A DNA stretch of 46,575 nucleotides. Source: Vitrella brassicaformis CCMP3155 (taxonomy: Eukaryota > Protista > Chromerida). Of this stretch, positions 11,141 through 23,400 are shown in pieces (the stretch's first letter is position 1; every line of letters begins with the position of its first letter). The position numbers and the translations under genes are program-made. The DNA lies in the NCBI GenBank assembly GCA_001179505.1, contig CDMY01000591.1, positions 1 to 46,575 on the forward strand, written 5' to 3'. The notes under the pieces are model-generated. The model saw nothing but the letters and a program-made list of their open reading frames with translations. It had not been told where the DNA came from and made no database searches.

Positions 11141-12070
11141 TTCAGAGACCCAGGTGAGGTCATCAACACATCGCTCGTCGGGCTTGTTGGTCGACGGTTC
11201 TATCACACCAGTCCCCTCGTGTCTCGTGCCTCCTCTGCTGATTGGCGCCTCCACGCGTAGTGAACAAAGACGGGGAAGAACGGGTACAGGGATACAACTG
11301 ACATTGCCTCGCTTTGAGACGTGTACATTTGCGTGTTTTTGGATTCGTGCGTGTGTGGCAGTGTGCCATCGACCCCTTTCTCCGTTGACTAGGTGCCTGC
11401 GTTGGACGTGACATCAGGTCGACTTGATTTGTGTGCTTGTCGTCATTCAATTTTGATTGTCTCTCATCGACAGGTCAACCAGCATCGAGTAAGCGCTATT
11501 CCATAGCGTCTTCTAGCCCCCAAGCAACCCCCGGGCCGACATCAACAGGCAGGCACACAACGTCGCACAGACGCCACCCCAGCAGCAGCTTGAAGGCGGC
11601 GTGCATGCGTGCATCCTGCACCATGACTGCATACGTAGATACCGCCCATCCCCAGGTGGCCAGCCAGTGCAGATCGCCCAGTCACACAAGTGCAGATCGC
11701 CCAGTCACACACAAACACGCCCTTATAACAACCACGCACGGAGTGCTGGGGGTGTATGAGAGCGCGCCGCCGCCCCACTCTCCATGGCGGAGAGGGGCGG
11801 CAGGCTGCCGACCCGTAGACCCCCCTAGTGCACGCCCATACACACATCACCGCTGGGATAAGTAGAAGGGCGGCAAGACACACAAACAGACCACGCCCAC
11901 ATCCACACGCACACCCCTACACACACGCACACCACCCAGACACACACACACACACACGCAGGAAGACCAATACCTCACCCGCATACCCACGCTCATGGCC
12001 ACACTCATACGCAGACACACACACGCACACACATAGGCACATGGAAGGCACAGTGTAGGGAGGAAAAGAC

Positions 12071-12520
12071 CTAGTGGGGTGAATACGGGCCCCTCCCCCA
12101 GACCTCGTCTCTGGGGAAGGGGCGGATGAATGGTGTGGCGGCCTCACTCTTGCCGCGCACCGTAAGAGCACACTCACGCCTGACTGCACACGACAAGAGA
12201 ACCCACCATCGGGCCACGACACGGCCCGTCGAGAAATCCCTGTCATCCCTGTAGTGAGCTTCCTTCACTGCCTTGCCTAGCTTGTACAAAAAGGTCTCCA
12301 TAGTCGAAGACCAGCGTCCATACGACTCGAAGGCCAAAGGCAGAAACGTGTACCCTCCCCGTGCACATGCGACGGCATACAGGTCCCTCTTGCGCTTCTC
12401 GGCCACGCGAAGGGCCGAGCCGGGCCGTTGGGTGGTGAGGCTCCTCCATCTGCAATTGCGACCTTGAAAGCTGAAGGTTTCCCCTTCTCCCCCTGAGCTC
12501 ACTTTGTCTGACCTTAAGCG
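12071..12520 (-). mobile_element. 5'-truncated non-LTR retrotransposon fragment (C-terminal restriction-like endonuclease domain)
   Basis: RLRSDKV...AEKRKRDLYAVAC...FLPLAFESYGRW...RVVARWWVLLSCAVRR matches the K..KY...F.P...E..G.W tail of RLE-encoding LINEs. No RT domain is visible upstream. It is followed by a GT-rich tract. Confidence 0.6.
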
Positions 12521-13007
12521 TCCGTCAACGACGCAAACAAACCGGTTCGTATGGATACCATCGCTGTGTCTCCCTCACTGATCATACAACGCACCACGGC
12601 AGCTAAGTCGCCTAGCCACAGCCATACGACAAAAACTCACATCAGGCAAGAAATCAGCTAATCAATGCATATGATAGATAAACATCTAGACAGCCACTTG
12701 AGTGTTTGACACGCACCCAAGCACAGCCGCTGATCCCTACGAGCCCAGTCACACCACACAAGAGCGGGTGGACCAGGACCCGACGCCCCGACACTCACCA
12801 CCACACCCGGCTGTGTGATGGGAAGGAGCCTCGAGTACATACATCTCACAGCCGGGAGACCTCATGCACTTCACGGCGACCAGTCCCGGAGCGTCCTTCT
12901 GTGTCGCGGTTGATGGAATCCTTCACCCATGACTCCACCGGGTAGCTAGCGACTGTCGGTCACACACACACATACACAGACAGAGAGAGGGAGAGAGAGA
13001 GAGTCAC

Positions 13008-13413
13008 TCAGTCTTGTGCACATCTGTCTGTGTGAATGTTCCTTCCAGTTGGCTGTGAGGCGTACGTACCCGGCGGGAGTGGCATCAGCGCTTTGATGAC
13101 GATCGGGTTATCTTCGGTCATCCCCCTGTCAAAGAAACACACCGGCACACATACAGTACACACACACGTGTGCCGGTGTGTCTGTCTGTCTGTGTGTGCG
13201 CGTGTCGTACACAGCGCCGAGTGGCGTGTCGTCGGGCTTGCCCTCGAAGCCGATGAGCACCACATCAGAGCGCTTGTTGGGGCCAGCCATGCCGGCGATG
13301 TAGAGGAAGCTCTTGACATGACCGACGGTCCGGAGCTTGTCAATCTCTACCAAGTTTGTCATGTCAAACTCCGACACGACAGGAGAGTCGTGCAGTTTGA
13401 AGAACCGACTCAT
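13008..13413 (-). CDS. Hypothetical coding fragment next to the retrotransposon insertion
   Basis: MSRFFKLHDSPVVSEF...VLIGFEGKPDDTPLGAV|GMTEDNPIVIKALMP..., with a GT-AG intron of CA-rich composition at ~13211-13128. Start, end and function are uncertain. Confidence 0.35.
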
Positions 13414-13444
13414 TTTCTGCAGACCACGCTCATTCCATCCATCA

Positions 13445-13458
13445 ATCCGTTCCGCTCC
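13445..13458 (+). repeat. Left copy of candidate 14-bp target-site duplication ATCCGTTCCGCTCC
   Basis: Identical to 16648-16661; the match ends on both sides. Confidence 0.7.
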
Positions 13459-13631
13459 AACGGAGGTGCATGCAGCCAAACAACGCTCACATTGGCCCAA
13501 GACTGTTGACGGGAGCAGTTCTGCACTTACTCCTCCTACTTCTTGCATCATGATTCATCCAATCTTCAGCCTGAGTACTTACCCCCCATGATTGAGTTGG
13601 TGATTTCTCGGCTGTTTCTCCTCCTTTTCGG

Positions 13632-16554
13632 ATGAGCGAGCGTGTATCGGACTACACCCAACCCCCTCCACCTACCCTCATCCCGCGAGACGGCGGCGGG
13701 CCCCCCTGTTGCGCATGCAACGAGAAAGGGACGTCTGCGCTGTCCACATGCAGCCGACGATGTGACTGCCGGAATCACAAGCGCCTCTGCACTAACTGTG
13801 TCAACTGCAAGCGCGGCACATGCACGAATTTTGCGTATCCGGCGGACCCGGCCGTTTGCGATGATGATGATGATGAATCGGATGCCGTCTCCCCCTCTGC
13901 TGGCCCTGCCGTGCCCTCCACGGCTTCCTTTGTCGATGAGAAGATGCGTGAGGCCTTCGGCGAGCCCCTCGTCAACTCCGCCGGTGGACCGACTTTCCCT
14001 GAGTGGGAGGCATATCACGAGCGGGTCTGCCAGCTTCGACTGCGGTGCGTGAAGGATCTCAGCAAGCTTGGCAACCTTGGCCGCGCCATCGCCGATGCCA
14101 TCGCTGATGAGGTGGAGAAGATCTCCAAGCTCGAGGCACCGTCCGAGCGGGCTGGCGTCTTCGTCCGCACACTCATCCAGCGAGATCCGGATGTCAAGAG
14201 GAAGCGCGATGTCAAGCGGATGCTCTGGAGGCGGCTGGAGATGTGGCAGAAGGGGCAGGTGGAGGAGCTCGTGTGCGAGGCGGAGCGACTGGACCAGCAG
14301 TTCCCCACCACTCAGCCTCAGCTGGACGACGCGTCGGTCTATCGCATCTTCAACAAGCTCATGCTCGAGGGCAAGGTCCGGGCGGCCGTCCGCTTCGTCA
14401 CCGAGAGGGGCGGCGGGGGGGTCCTCCACCCATCTGCTCAGGCCGAGGAGCGCCCCCCGGGGGTCACGGTGCTCGATGTCCTTCGCGAGAAGCACCCACC
14501 GCAGCAGCAGCCGCACGAGGAAGCCTTCCTTCCCTGTGACGACCTCCCTCCCCTCATTGACGTGGACATCACGGACTCGACCGTGGAGCGAGCGGCACGG
14601 AGCCTCAGTGGGAGCGCTGGACCGACCGGTGGCGATGCGAACTTCTGGCAGACCTTCCTCCTCCGATACGGTGCCAAGAGCGGCCGCCTCCGCGCGGCTG
14701 TGGCCTCGCTCGTCTCTACCCTGGCCAACACCATCGTCCCATGGGACAACANNNNNNNNNNNNNNNNNNNNNNNNNNNNNNNNNNNNNNNNNNNNNNNNN
14801 NNNNNNNNNNNNNNNNNNNNNNNNNNNNNNNNNNNNNNNNNNNNNNNNNNNNNNNNNNNNNNNNNNNNNNNNNNNNNNNNNNNNNNNNNNNNNNNNNNNN
14901 NNNNNNNNNNNNNNNNNNNNNNNNNNNNNNNNNNNNNNNNNNNNNNNNNNNNNNNNNNNNNNNNNNNNNNNNNNNNNNNNNNNNNNNNNNNNNNNNNNNN
15001 NNNNNNNNNNNNNNNNNNNNNNNNNNNNNNNNNNNNNNNNNNNNNNNNNNNGCGGATGACTCGTCGGCGCTCGGCAAACTTCACGGCATCCTCGTGTGGT
15101 TTCGAGCCCTGCGTCGCATCGGTCCCTCATACGGCTATCACCCAGAGACCGCCAAGTCCTTCCTCGTCGTCAAACCCGAGCTCGAGCAGATCGCAAGGGA
15201 ACTCTTCGAGCCCGAGGGGGTGCAGATCGTCACGGGCAAGAGGTTCCTGGGCGGCTACGTGGGCGATGAGGGGGGAAGGGCGGCGTTCCTCTGCGAGAAG
15301 GTCGAGGGGTGGGTGCGCGGCGTGCGCGCGCTCACGTCTGCTGCCCGCAACTTCCCACACACGGCCCACGCGGCAATGACGAGGTCTCTGCAGATGGAGT
15401 GGGACTACGTCTTTCGCGTCGTGCTCACCGACGAGTGCGCTCTCAGCCCCCTCCGCGAGGCCATCGCCAAGGAGCTGCTGCCGGCCCTCCTCGGCGGCCC
15501 TGTGACGCCGTCCGAGGTCGACCTGATGCTGCTGCCTGCCCGGCATGGCGGCACCGGCATACGTGACCCTCTCGACCGTGCCGCAGCCGCCTACCCCGCT
15601 TCCCGCGCGAGCACCAAGGTGGTCTCCAAGTCCGTCCAAGGCAAGGCTCCGTTCCACCCTGGCGACCATCGTGCCACCATCCGCCACGCCCTCACCCGGA
15701 GCAAGCAGCAGCAGGACGTCGCCCACAAGACCAAGAGGGAGGCCGCCCTGCCGCACATCGACCGCCGGCGCCATCGCGTCCTCTCCCGCAGCGCCGAGTA
15801 CAAGACGTCCGGCTGGCTGACCACCCTCCCGTCGACAGACAACAACACTGGTCTTGATGCTGCGGAGTTTCGAGATGCCCTCAACATGCGTTACGGCCGT
15901 CACCCCCCCGGCCTCGCTGCACGCTGCGACCACTGCAACCAGCCCCTCACCGTCGACCATGCGCTGTGCTGCAAGCGGTACGGCCTGGTGATTCGTCGCC
16001 ACGACGAGCTGCGGGACACTTTTGCCGAGCTGATTGGGATGGCGTGGGGGGACGCTGGTGTGCGTCGGGAGGTGGTGTTGAAGGAGGGAGAGGAGGGGGA
16101 GGGTGGGGTCAGGGCGGACATCGTCGCTCGGGGCGTGTGGGAGCGGCAGGCGGCTGCGTCGTTTGACATCTGTATTACGGATCCTGACGCAACGTCTTAC
16201 GCTTCCAAGAACCGATCGACCAAGTCCATCCTGAAGCAGCACGAGACCGCCAAGAAGAAGAAATACCGCTCGGCCGTCTGCGACTCCCGCGTGACCTTCT
16301 GCCCTCTGGTGGTGACGTGTGACGGTGTGTGGGGACACGATGCCAACGTGTTCATCGCCCACATGGCTCATGCGCTGTTGGAGAAGGAGGGGTGGAAGGG
16401 TCGGGGGTTCAGTCATGTGTCTGGATGGATTCGCTCTCGCTTGTCTATCGCCCTCGCGCGTGCGACTAGCTTCTGTCTGCGTGGGGGAGGGAGGGGAGGG
16501 TTTGCGGGACTGGGGTGTGCTGATGGGGCGGGGATTGATCCCTCCTCCCCTTGA
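13632..16554 (+). CDS. Retrotransposon polyprotein: Cys-rich domain, reverse transcriptase, CCHC knuckle, restriction-like endonuclease
   Basis: Open from ATG 13632 to the gap, and from 15052 to TGA 16552-16554. The frame across the gap cannot be verified. Confidence 0.8.
14752..15051. other. Assembly gap (300 N) inside the RT domain
   Basis: Run of N. Confidence 0.99.
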
Positions 16555-16647
16555 GCCTGTTTGACTCTGCGTGCTGATGGGACTGTATTTGTATGAGTAT
16601 CACGGACACACAGACGAGTGTTACGGTTAATGACAGTTTCCCCCCCC

Positions 16648-16661
16648 ATCCGTTCCGCTCC
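16648..16661 (+). repeat. Right copy of candidate 14-bp target-site duplication
   Basis: ATCCGTTCCGCTCC, preceded by a C8 run at 16640-16647. Confidence 0.7.
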
Positions 16662-16750
16662 TCCTCCAGCACAATTGCGGGCTTGAAAGTTGAGGTCCAC
16701 AAGGAGAGGGCTTGGAGGATGGATGAGTATGTGATGATGCAGCGCATGTG

Positions 16751-19700
16751 ATGGATATGAAAGATGGCCCATCTTTGCGAGCAGACAGACGAGTGACTCA
16801 TCAGGACGCCACCAAGGGAAACAAGCACGGCAGCAACGCCAGCAGAGATCAATCACACGGACACGCAGAGGCAAGCAACCCGAGCAGCACTCCAAAGAAT
16901 GAGCGAAGGAAGATGCTCACCTCAAATCAGGCAGAGAATCACTTCATCGGCTTGCTTGTTTGTGTTTGTCTGCGTGTATGCAGGTCATTACTTATCCGTT
17001 GAGGGTGTACTGTCACCCGGACAACACCTACTACACGCTACACGTGCCGCAGCACACCACTGCAACGTCAGTCAGCCGTCAATCCACACAAGCCATCGTG
17101 ACGCCTGTATTGTTTGTCATTCTGTCTGTCTGTCACACTGTGATTGTGTTGTGCGTGCAGCCAGGTGTGTGAGCTGCTGCTGAGGAAGAAAAGCCTGACA
17201 GTGTCCGCAGCGGCGGCCAAACACACCGAGAACCCGCCGTGTCATCTCTACATCGTCACACCGGGCCACCACTCAACGCACTGCCACCAGTCAGCACTCA
17301 CTCTCACACACACAAACACAACACACACAGCCCACGTCTGCCTGCCTGTCTGTGTGTCTGCAGGCTGGCACCATCCGCTTTGCCTTTGGCAATCCAGCAG
17401 GAGGTCGGCGCTTCTTCGCTGAAGTTTCTGCTCAGAGAGGACACACACGCGTCTGAGAGGGGTGGAAGGAGGAGCGTGACGGTGCCTGAGGCGGTGAGTG
17501 TGACTGACGAGGGCATCGGTGCGCTCAGACGGGCCAGGACCGACGCGTTGATGACACTCATGACGCCGCAAGAGGTGACTGGCAGAGAAGAGTCATGCGT
17601 GTGTCAGCATCTCTCTCTCTCTCTCTGTGTGTGTGTCCATCCTGTGTGTGTTAGGGTTCTGGTGTGGGTGGTGGCCCTTCCTCTCCACCAGCACCAGCAG
17701 CAGCAGCAGCAGCGTCGCCATCCCGCGACGCCCAGAAGCAGCAGGCGCGTCAGAACGGCCGTGTGGCGGCGTCAGGGTCGCCTGTGCATCATCATCACGG
17801 TGCTGCGGAGGACTTCATGCTGGCGAGGGACAGAATGGAGTCGGAGATCGACCTCTCAGCTGTACAGGAGAAACTCGAAAAGGTCCGCAGATTGGACAAT
17901 ACAGAAAGGCATTCTGTGTTGCCGAGGAGGGGATCCGTGTGTATGTTATATGTGTGTCTTCTTTGTTGTGTGCAGGGTTTGCGGACGGGCTGGCTTGAGA
18001 AGCTGAGCAAGGACGGGACGCAGTGGAAGGTGCGGCACGTCATCCTGCAGCCTGATGGGGTCTGGTACTGCAAGGTGAGATTGGCCCGCCATCCATCCAT
18101 CCATCCAACGAATGCCATGCACACAGACACATGAGATGGTGTGTGTCCTTATAATCAGGACCCGCACAGGTCACGCACACGCGTCTGCATCCCCTTGTCC
18201 GACTGCGAAAAGGTCATAGATAGTCACATCACACACCACACCCATGATCTGATCCTTCCCACCCACACACACAGACCGACCTGACATGCACATTCGTCTG
18301 TCTATGCCGTGGTCTTCGTCCATCAGGTGTTGGAGGTGCCCGAGGACAAGCGCATCTTCCACCTGGTGACGAGCAGCCGGCACTACTTCTTCCGCGTCAA
18401 GACCAGCGGCGACCGGGACGGCTGGCTCGTCGCCATCGCCAAACAAGCCGCACTCATCAAGGAACAGGACCTCCTCGTGCAGGCCGAACGAGTAAGGTGG
18501 CACACACAGGTGTGTGTGGGTCACTACACTGTCTGTGTGTGAATGCATGTTTGTTTGGTCCGTCAGTCCATAATGGAGGCGGAGGTGCGTCGGGCGAACC
18601 GGCAGCTGGACTACCTGGCTTCCATGATGGAGCTGGACGGCACTCTCGAGTGCCAGGAGAGCAGGCAGCTGCTGCTGGACTTCGTCCAGAACATCCGGGA
18701 CACGAGCCCACGCGAATGGCCTGCAGGTCCGTCCGATTGTCCGCCCTGCAATCCACCTCACATACAGGCACAGCACACCCACACCTCTCTCCCCCTGTAT
18801 GTCTCTCTGTGTGTGTGCGTGCCACCGTGTAGGGTTCACCTTTGATGACGTCAAGAGCTACATAATGCGCTACCGCAATGACGCCTTCAGCCGCAACCGC
18901 ACGACGCCATCACGCCAGCAGCAGCGGCCGTCAAGACGGCACAGCAGACACGCCACACGAGACAAAGACAAAGACCGAGACAGAGACAGAGAACGGAGGG
19001 CCCCCCCCACCCCCACCAGCACCACCACTCAGCCTCTCCGAGGCGACCTCACCCCCGCCCCCATTCCCGAGTCAACACCAGCGTCAGCAACAGCAGCAGC
19101 GGCGGAACAACAGCAAGACCACCACATGGCGATCGTCATGACCGCCACAGAGGTGCCCGAAGGAGGGAGCCAACACACCACCACCGCCCTCGACGAGGCT
19201 TTCCAGGAGGCTCGGGCGTCATCTCACATCGCTCATGTGGCCTGTCCTGACCCCTTCGACACATCCACCCACACCTACGCCAACGACAATAAAGCCATGG
19301 ATCAGCCCAACAAGCGCGGCAAGAGCCACAGCCCCACCAAGGCGGCAGAGATGGACATGGCAGGCCCTTCTCTCGTCTACCGCGACGACCATCATGACCA
19401 TCTTGATGACTCTGGCCACCTCAGCGCACCTGAGGAGGACACACGCACCGACACAAGCAAAGTCAGCAGCAAGACGGCGAAGCGCTCGGAGACGGCTGAC
19501 GATGGGGTGGTGATGGTGGTGGGTCGGGAAGAGTCTAATGACGGCTTGCCGAAAGCGACACTGGCACACAGCCCCAGCGAGCCACACATCTCCATGAGCT
19601 GGAGCGGTGACCAAGGCAACTCGCCCACCACAGCAGCAGCAGATGGGGATGGGAGAAGGCTGAGCATGGCGGCTTTGCGGCGGGGTGATAGTGATGGCTC

Positions 19701-19958
19701 TGAGGCCGCTGCGACACAAAGGGAAGTCGAAGAGCTCGACACTGCCAAAGGTGAGTGAAGTGAGGCGACTCACTGCACTGACCCACACACACAGAGCCAC
19801 GCACACAATGCTCTGCGTGTGTCTGTGTGTGTGCAGCCCAGCAGGTGCGTCAGTGGCTGTCGTCAGCCGTGTTCCCCAAGTTCATCGGGGTGCCCGCCTT
19901 TCGGCGAAGGCTCGCCCAGTTCCCGGCCAGCAGCACCCTGGACATCATGCCGCCATGA
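16751..19958 (+). CDS. Multi-exon signalling protein: RA/ubiquitin-like region, PH domain, split RGS-like domain
   Basis: VITYPLRVYCHPDNTYYTLHVPQHTTAT|SQVCELLLRKK (RA-like); RTGWLEKLSKDGTQWKVRHVIL...IFHLVTSSRHYFFRVKTSGDRDGWLVAI (PH); LDGTLECQESRQLLLDFV...FTFDDVKSYI, then a long low-complexity insert, then last exon 19837-19958 AQQVRQWLSSAVFPKFIGVPAFRRRL (RGS-like C-terminal helices). The first exon is uncertain. Confidence 0.7.
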
Positions 19959-20469
19959 CAGACAGACACCCCACCGTCGATCCATCGAGCACATATGGTC
20001 AGCTGCCTTTCGTTGAGAGATGTGTGTGTGTCTGGTAGTACGTGTGAGTCCGTCGAGTGACTGACTCTATTTCTCTGCCTGGCCGACATGTGTGTTCGCA
20101 TCGCATGGGTCAATCAATTTGTGATCGAGTGGCCGGGCTGTAGATACATACAACAACACGTGAATGCAATATATGCGCCGTTTCTGATGGTGCACGTGAA
20201 TGCAACTCGATAGAGACAGACAGACAGACGGACGGACGGACGGACGACCACCAGCAGTACACCACAGCCGACCAAAGGAGAGAGTGCACTAGACGCCCCC
20301 CTCACTCACTCAACACGCAGGTAGGAAGGCGCTGCCAGGCTTTTTTGTGGTCTGGGTGGGAGCTCAATTGACCGATGAGCACATCCTATGCACTCAGCAA
20401 GTCGACCATCCCGTCACACACACATTAGACTCAACACACAATGGAATAAGACCACAGCCATCACAGTGA

Positions 20470-23400
20470 CTATCGCTTGTACTTCTCCATGATCTTTCTG
20501 ATCTCCGTCCTTCCTTTCGCCCAATCCCACGGGGTCTCCCTCTGTCGTCATGAGATGAGATGAGATGAGCACATGACTCGGCCCATCGATGGTGTGAATG
20601 TCTGTGTGTACTCACGTCGTTGCCTTTGATGTCGAGCAGAGCACCGCCGCCCCACTCGAGCCTTTGAGAATGACACAGAGGCAGACACAGAGAGAGTGTG
20701 AATGAGACACTCGCGTCAGTCATCTGTGTCGCTCACAACTGAGACACAGCGGCAGAGTGGACCCCGCCTGCAGCCAAATGGAGTGGCGTGAATCCGTTCT
20801 GTGTGTGTCACGCACACAGAGAAAGGCAATCAAACAACCAAGAGGCATTCTGTATTTTTTCGCAGGTGAGGTCTCACATTGTTTGTCTCGGTGAGCAGCC
20901 TTTCCCCTCCTTTGGCATACAGAACCTTCATCACATCGACATGACCATAGAGGGCAGCCTTCATGAATGGCGTCTTGCCCCCCTGCAATCCACACACACA
21001 CACACTCACACACAATCGGCAACTGAGGCGCAGAGACATGTGTGTGCTGTTACCCTGCCGCGTGCATCGATCAGTTTGGGATCCCACGCCAGCAGCTGAT
21101 TGACAGCCGCAATACGCCTCTCCTGGGCAGCCCAATGGATGGCGTTATCATCCTTTTACATTCCATCACAGCCAACACAAACATTCATCTCAATCAGCGT
21201 CACTTTGCAGCAGAAGCACTTGACTTCTTCCTCGTCGAGGATGCTCGGTTCGTGCAGCTTGATTAGCTGAGCAACAGACGTGACGTCACCAGCTAACACC
21301 GCAGAAAAAATGTTCCTCTTCAACACACAATATACATCACATACAAGCGACTGTGTCAGACGTGAACGATCAGAGCTCTTTCGGTATTACCCGTTTGATT
21401 TTCGTCGGGAGGGCTTCATTATCGATTCTCAGGCCGGTGTCCGCCTGACATGCAAGAGCGAAAAAATAATGCTTGCCATTGAGACAACGGCTCTCTCACT
21501 GGTTTGGTTTGCGGCTGTGGTGCGTCTGGAGGTGACTTGACTGATGCGTCAGGCTGACCAGGGGACGCTACAACACACGCAGATCAAGTGGAATGCCTCT
21601 CTCTGCCGCTGCCTCATATACCGACCTGTTTGCACCACAGGCTTGATCTGTGCGGGAGAGACCGTGCTGGGAAGCCCCGTTGTGGTAGTGGCCATGCTGG
21701 TGTGCACACCCGATGTGGGACTGATAGGCGACACGCCAGCGGGACTCACGGACAGCCCATTGGGCGCCGCATCTGCATGCATTCGACGACGCGCCACGGC
21801 AATGGGCTGTCCTTTCTTATACTGTTGACTGACCCGATGAAATGCCGAGCTTCGCGAGCACCTGCGGGCGAGTCAGATGCGGCAAACTGCCATGACGTAC
21901 GCTTATCTCAATTGTATGTCGAATACCTCCTTCGCTGCGGGGCGATCGACCGGATTGAACGCAAAACAACTCTGATCGACACAGAGCGGCAATGGCGCGA
22001 GACACAGTGTCCATAAGGCCGCTTTCGTTTTCATGTGCCTTGATGGCCTCCTTGGTGTGTTGGGGCAGGGAACTGGGAATGTCAGGGATCTGACAGAGGG
22101 GAGGAAGAGAAACAGGGATGTTTGGCTCGGGTGTCAGGAAAAGGACAGTCACCTTTCCCTGCACGACAACTGCAGTGATGATCTGCACGTGGACCTTACC
22201 CTCGAAGGGAGGCCGGCCTGAACACCACAACACTGGAAAACGCTGCGCAGATTATGCAGACCTGCTGACCTCCAAACAGCTCAGCCAGTACTGAAGCATA
22301 GAAGCGCACAGTATTGAATAGCGAGAGATTGTGCACCAGTGTCTGGCGACACGTCTGCTTACTTCCTCCCAGGGCCCAGATGTCGTCTTTCTCAGAGAGC
22401 TTCTCCACTGAAACACAGAGAGAGAGAGAGAGAGAGACGGACGAGTGAAGATCGCCGACAAATTCGATTCTCACACTTACATTCATCCTTCAGGGACTCG
22501 GGGGACATATAGTTGGGCGTGCCCCCTCCTGCAGCGCACTCAAGATACGTCTCAAGATTGTGGTCAATTCAGCCTCTTAGCGGTTCTGTGCCTGTCTTCG
22601 TGTACCTCCGGCGACTGTAGTTGTCCTCTGGATGCTGCGCGTCATACCGAAGTCAGATATCTTAATGGTCAAACCCTGACCCAACTGACACACGGGAGGG
22701 AGAGACGAAGCAACCAAAAGGCGCCCCATAGAGAGCGGCAAAGAACACTGTGTCCTCACCAGAAGGTTTCCAGGCTTCAGGTCCCTGTGCATGATGCCGT
22801 TATCGTGAAGATACTGCAGACCCTCACATATCTGACAAAGACAGACACAGACGACAGGTGGCGGTCGGTGTGTCCCGTTCGTCCGCTCTGCTGCACCTCT
22901 CTGACGAATTTGTCGCGGACGTCCGGCTTCAGCGGTCGGTTCTTGGCCAGGTATTGCTCCAGTGAGCCGCCCTCACACAACTCTGATCCACAAAGACAGA
23001 CACTTAAGATGCCCATTGACAAAGTCCGAAAGAGGCCGACCTGTGACGATCACGAGGCCGTATTTCCTGTGTGTGCAGACGCCCAGGAACTCAACTATGT
23101 TGGGGTGGCGGAGGTGCTGCATCTCCTGAGCCTCGGCCAGAATATCCTCCATCGCCCCAGCCATCAGGTCCTACACGCCACACCAATACAGACGGCACAC
23201 AATGCAGTGACGGGAGTTCAGCCGCTCACCTCATCGTCGACGTCTTCCCCGGTGCCCCTGCTGGCGTCCGCCCTCAACTTGTCGACATTCATGATCTTGA
23301 CGGCCACGGGCCGCCCCTTCCACAGCCCCTTGTAGACCACCCCGAAGCCCCCGCTCCCTACAGTACATGATCGATACGAGTCATGACAACACAGCACACA

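Larger units (their letters stand above)
13459..16647 (+). mobile_element. Near-full-length CRE-like non-LTR retrotransposon (single ORF, RT + RLE)
   Basis: ORF 13632-16554 spans the N-gap: Cys-rich N-terminus, RT (ADDSSALG directly after the gap, GPSYGYHP, GKRFLGGYVG), Zn knuckle CDHCNQPLTVDHALC, RLE motifs RADIVARG...FDICITDPD...KKKKY...FCPLVVTCDGVWG. It has no introns, unlike all host genes, and is bounded by 14-bp direct repeats. Confidence 0.85.

Noticed and set aside
10705-11260. ORFs containing poly-X
   Set aside because: Artefacts of translating through the N gap.
11666-11711. 23-bp tandem duplication AGTGCAGATCGCCCAGTCACACA x2
   Set aside because: Two adjacent copies with no spacer; ordinary slippage, not CRISPR-like.
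13566-16416. Long antisense ORFs (13566-15077 and 15127-16416, minus strand)
   Set aside because: Shadow ORFs of the GC-rich retrotransposon coding strand, partly extended by N runs.
17278-17363. Possible GC donor AC|GCACTG in the PH gene
   Set aside because: A canonical CA|GTCAGC donor just downstream gives the same phase and a typical intron length.
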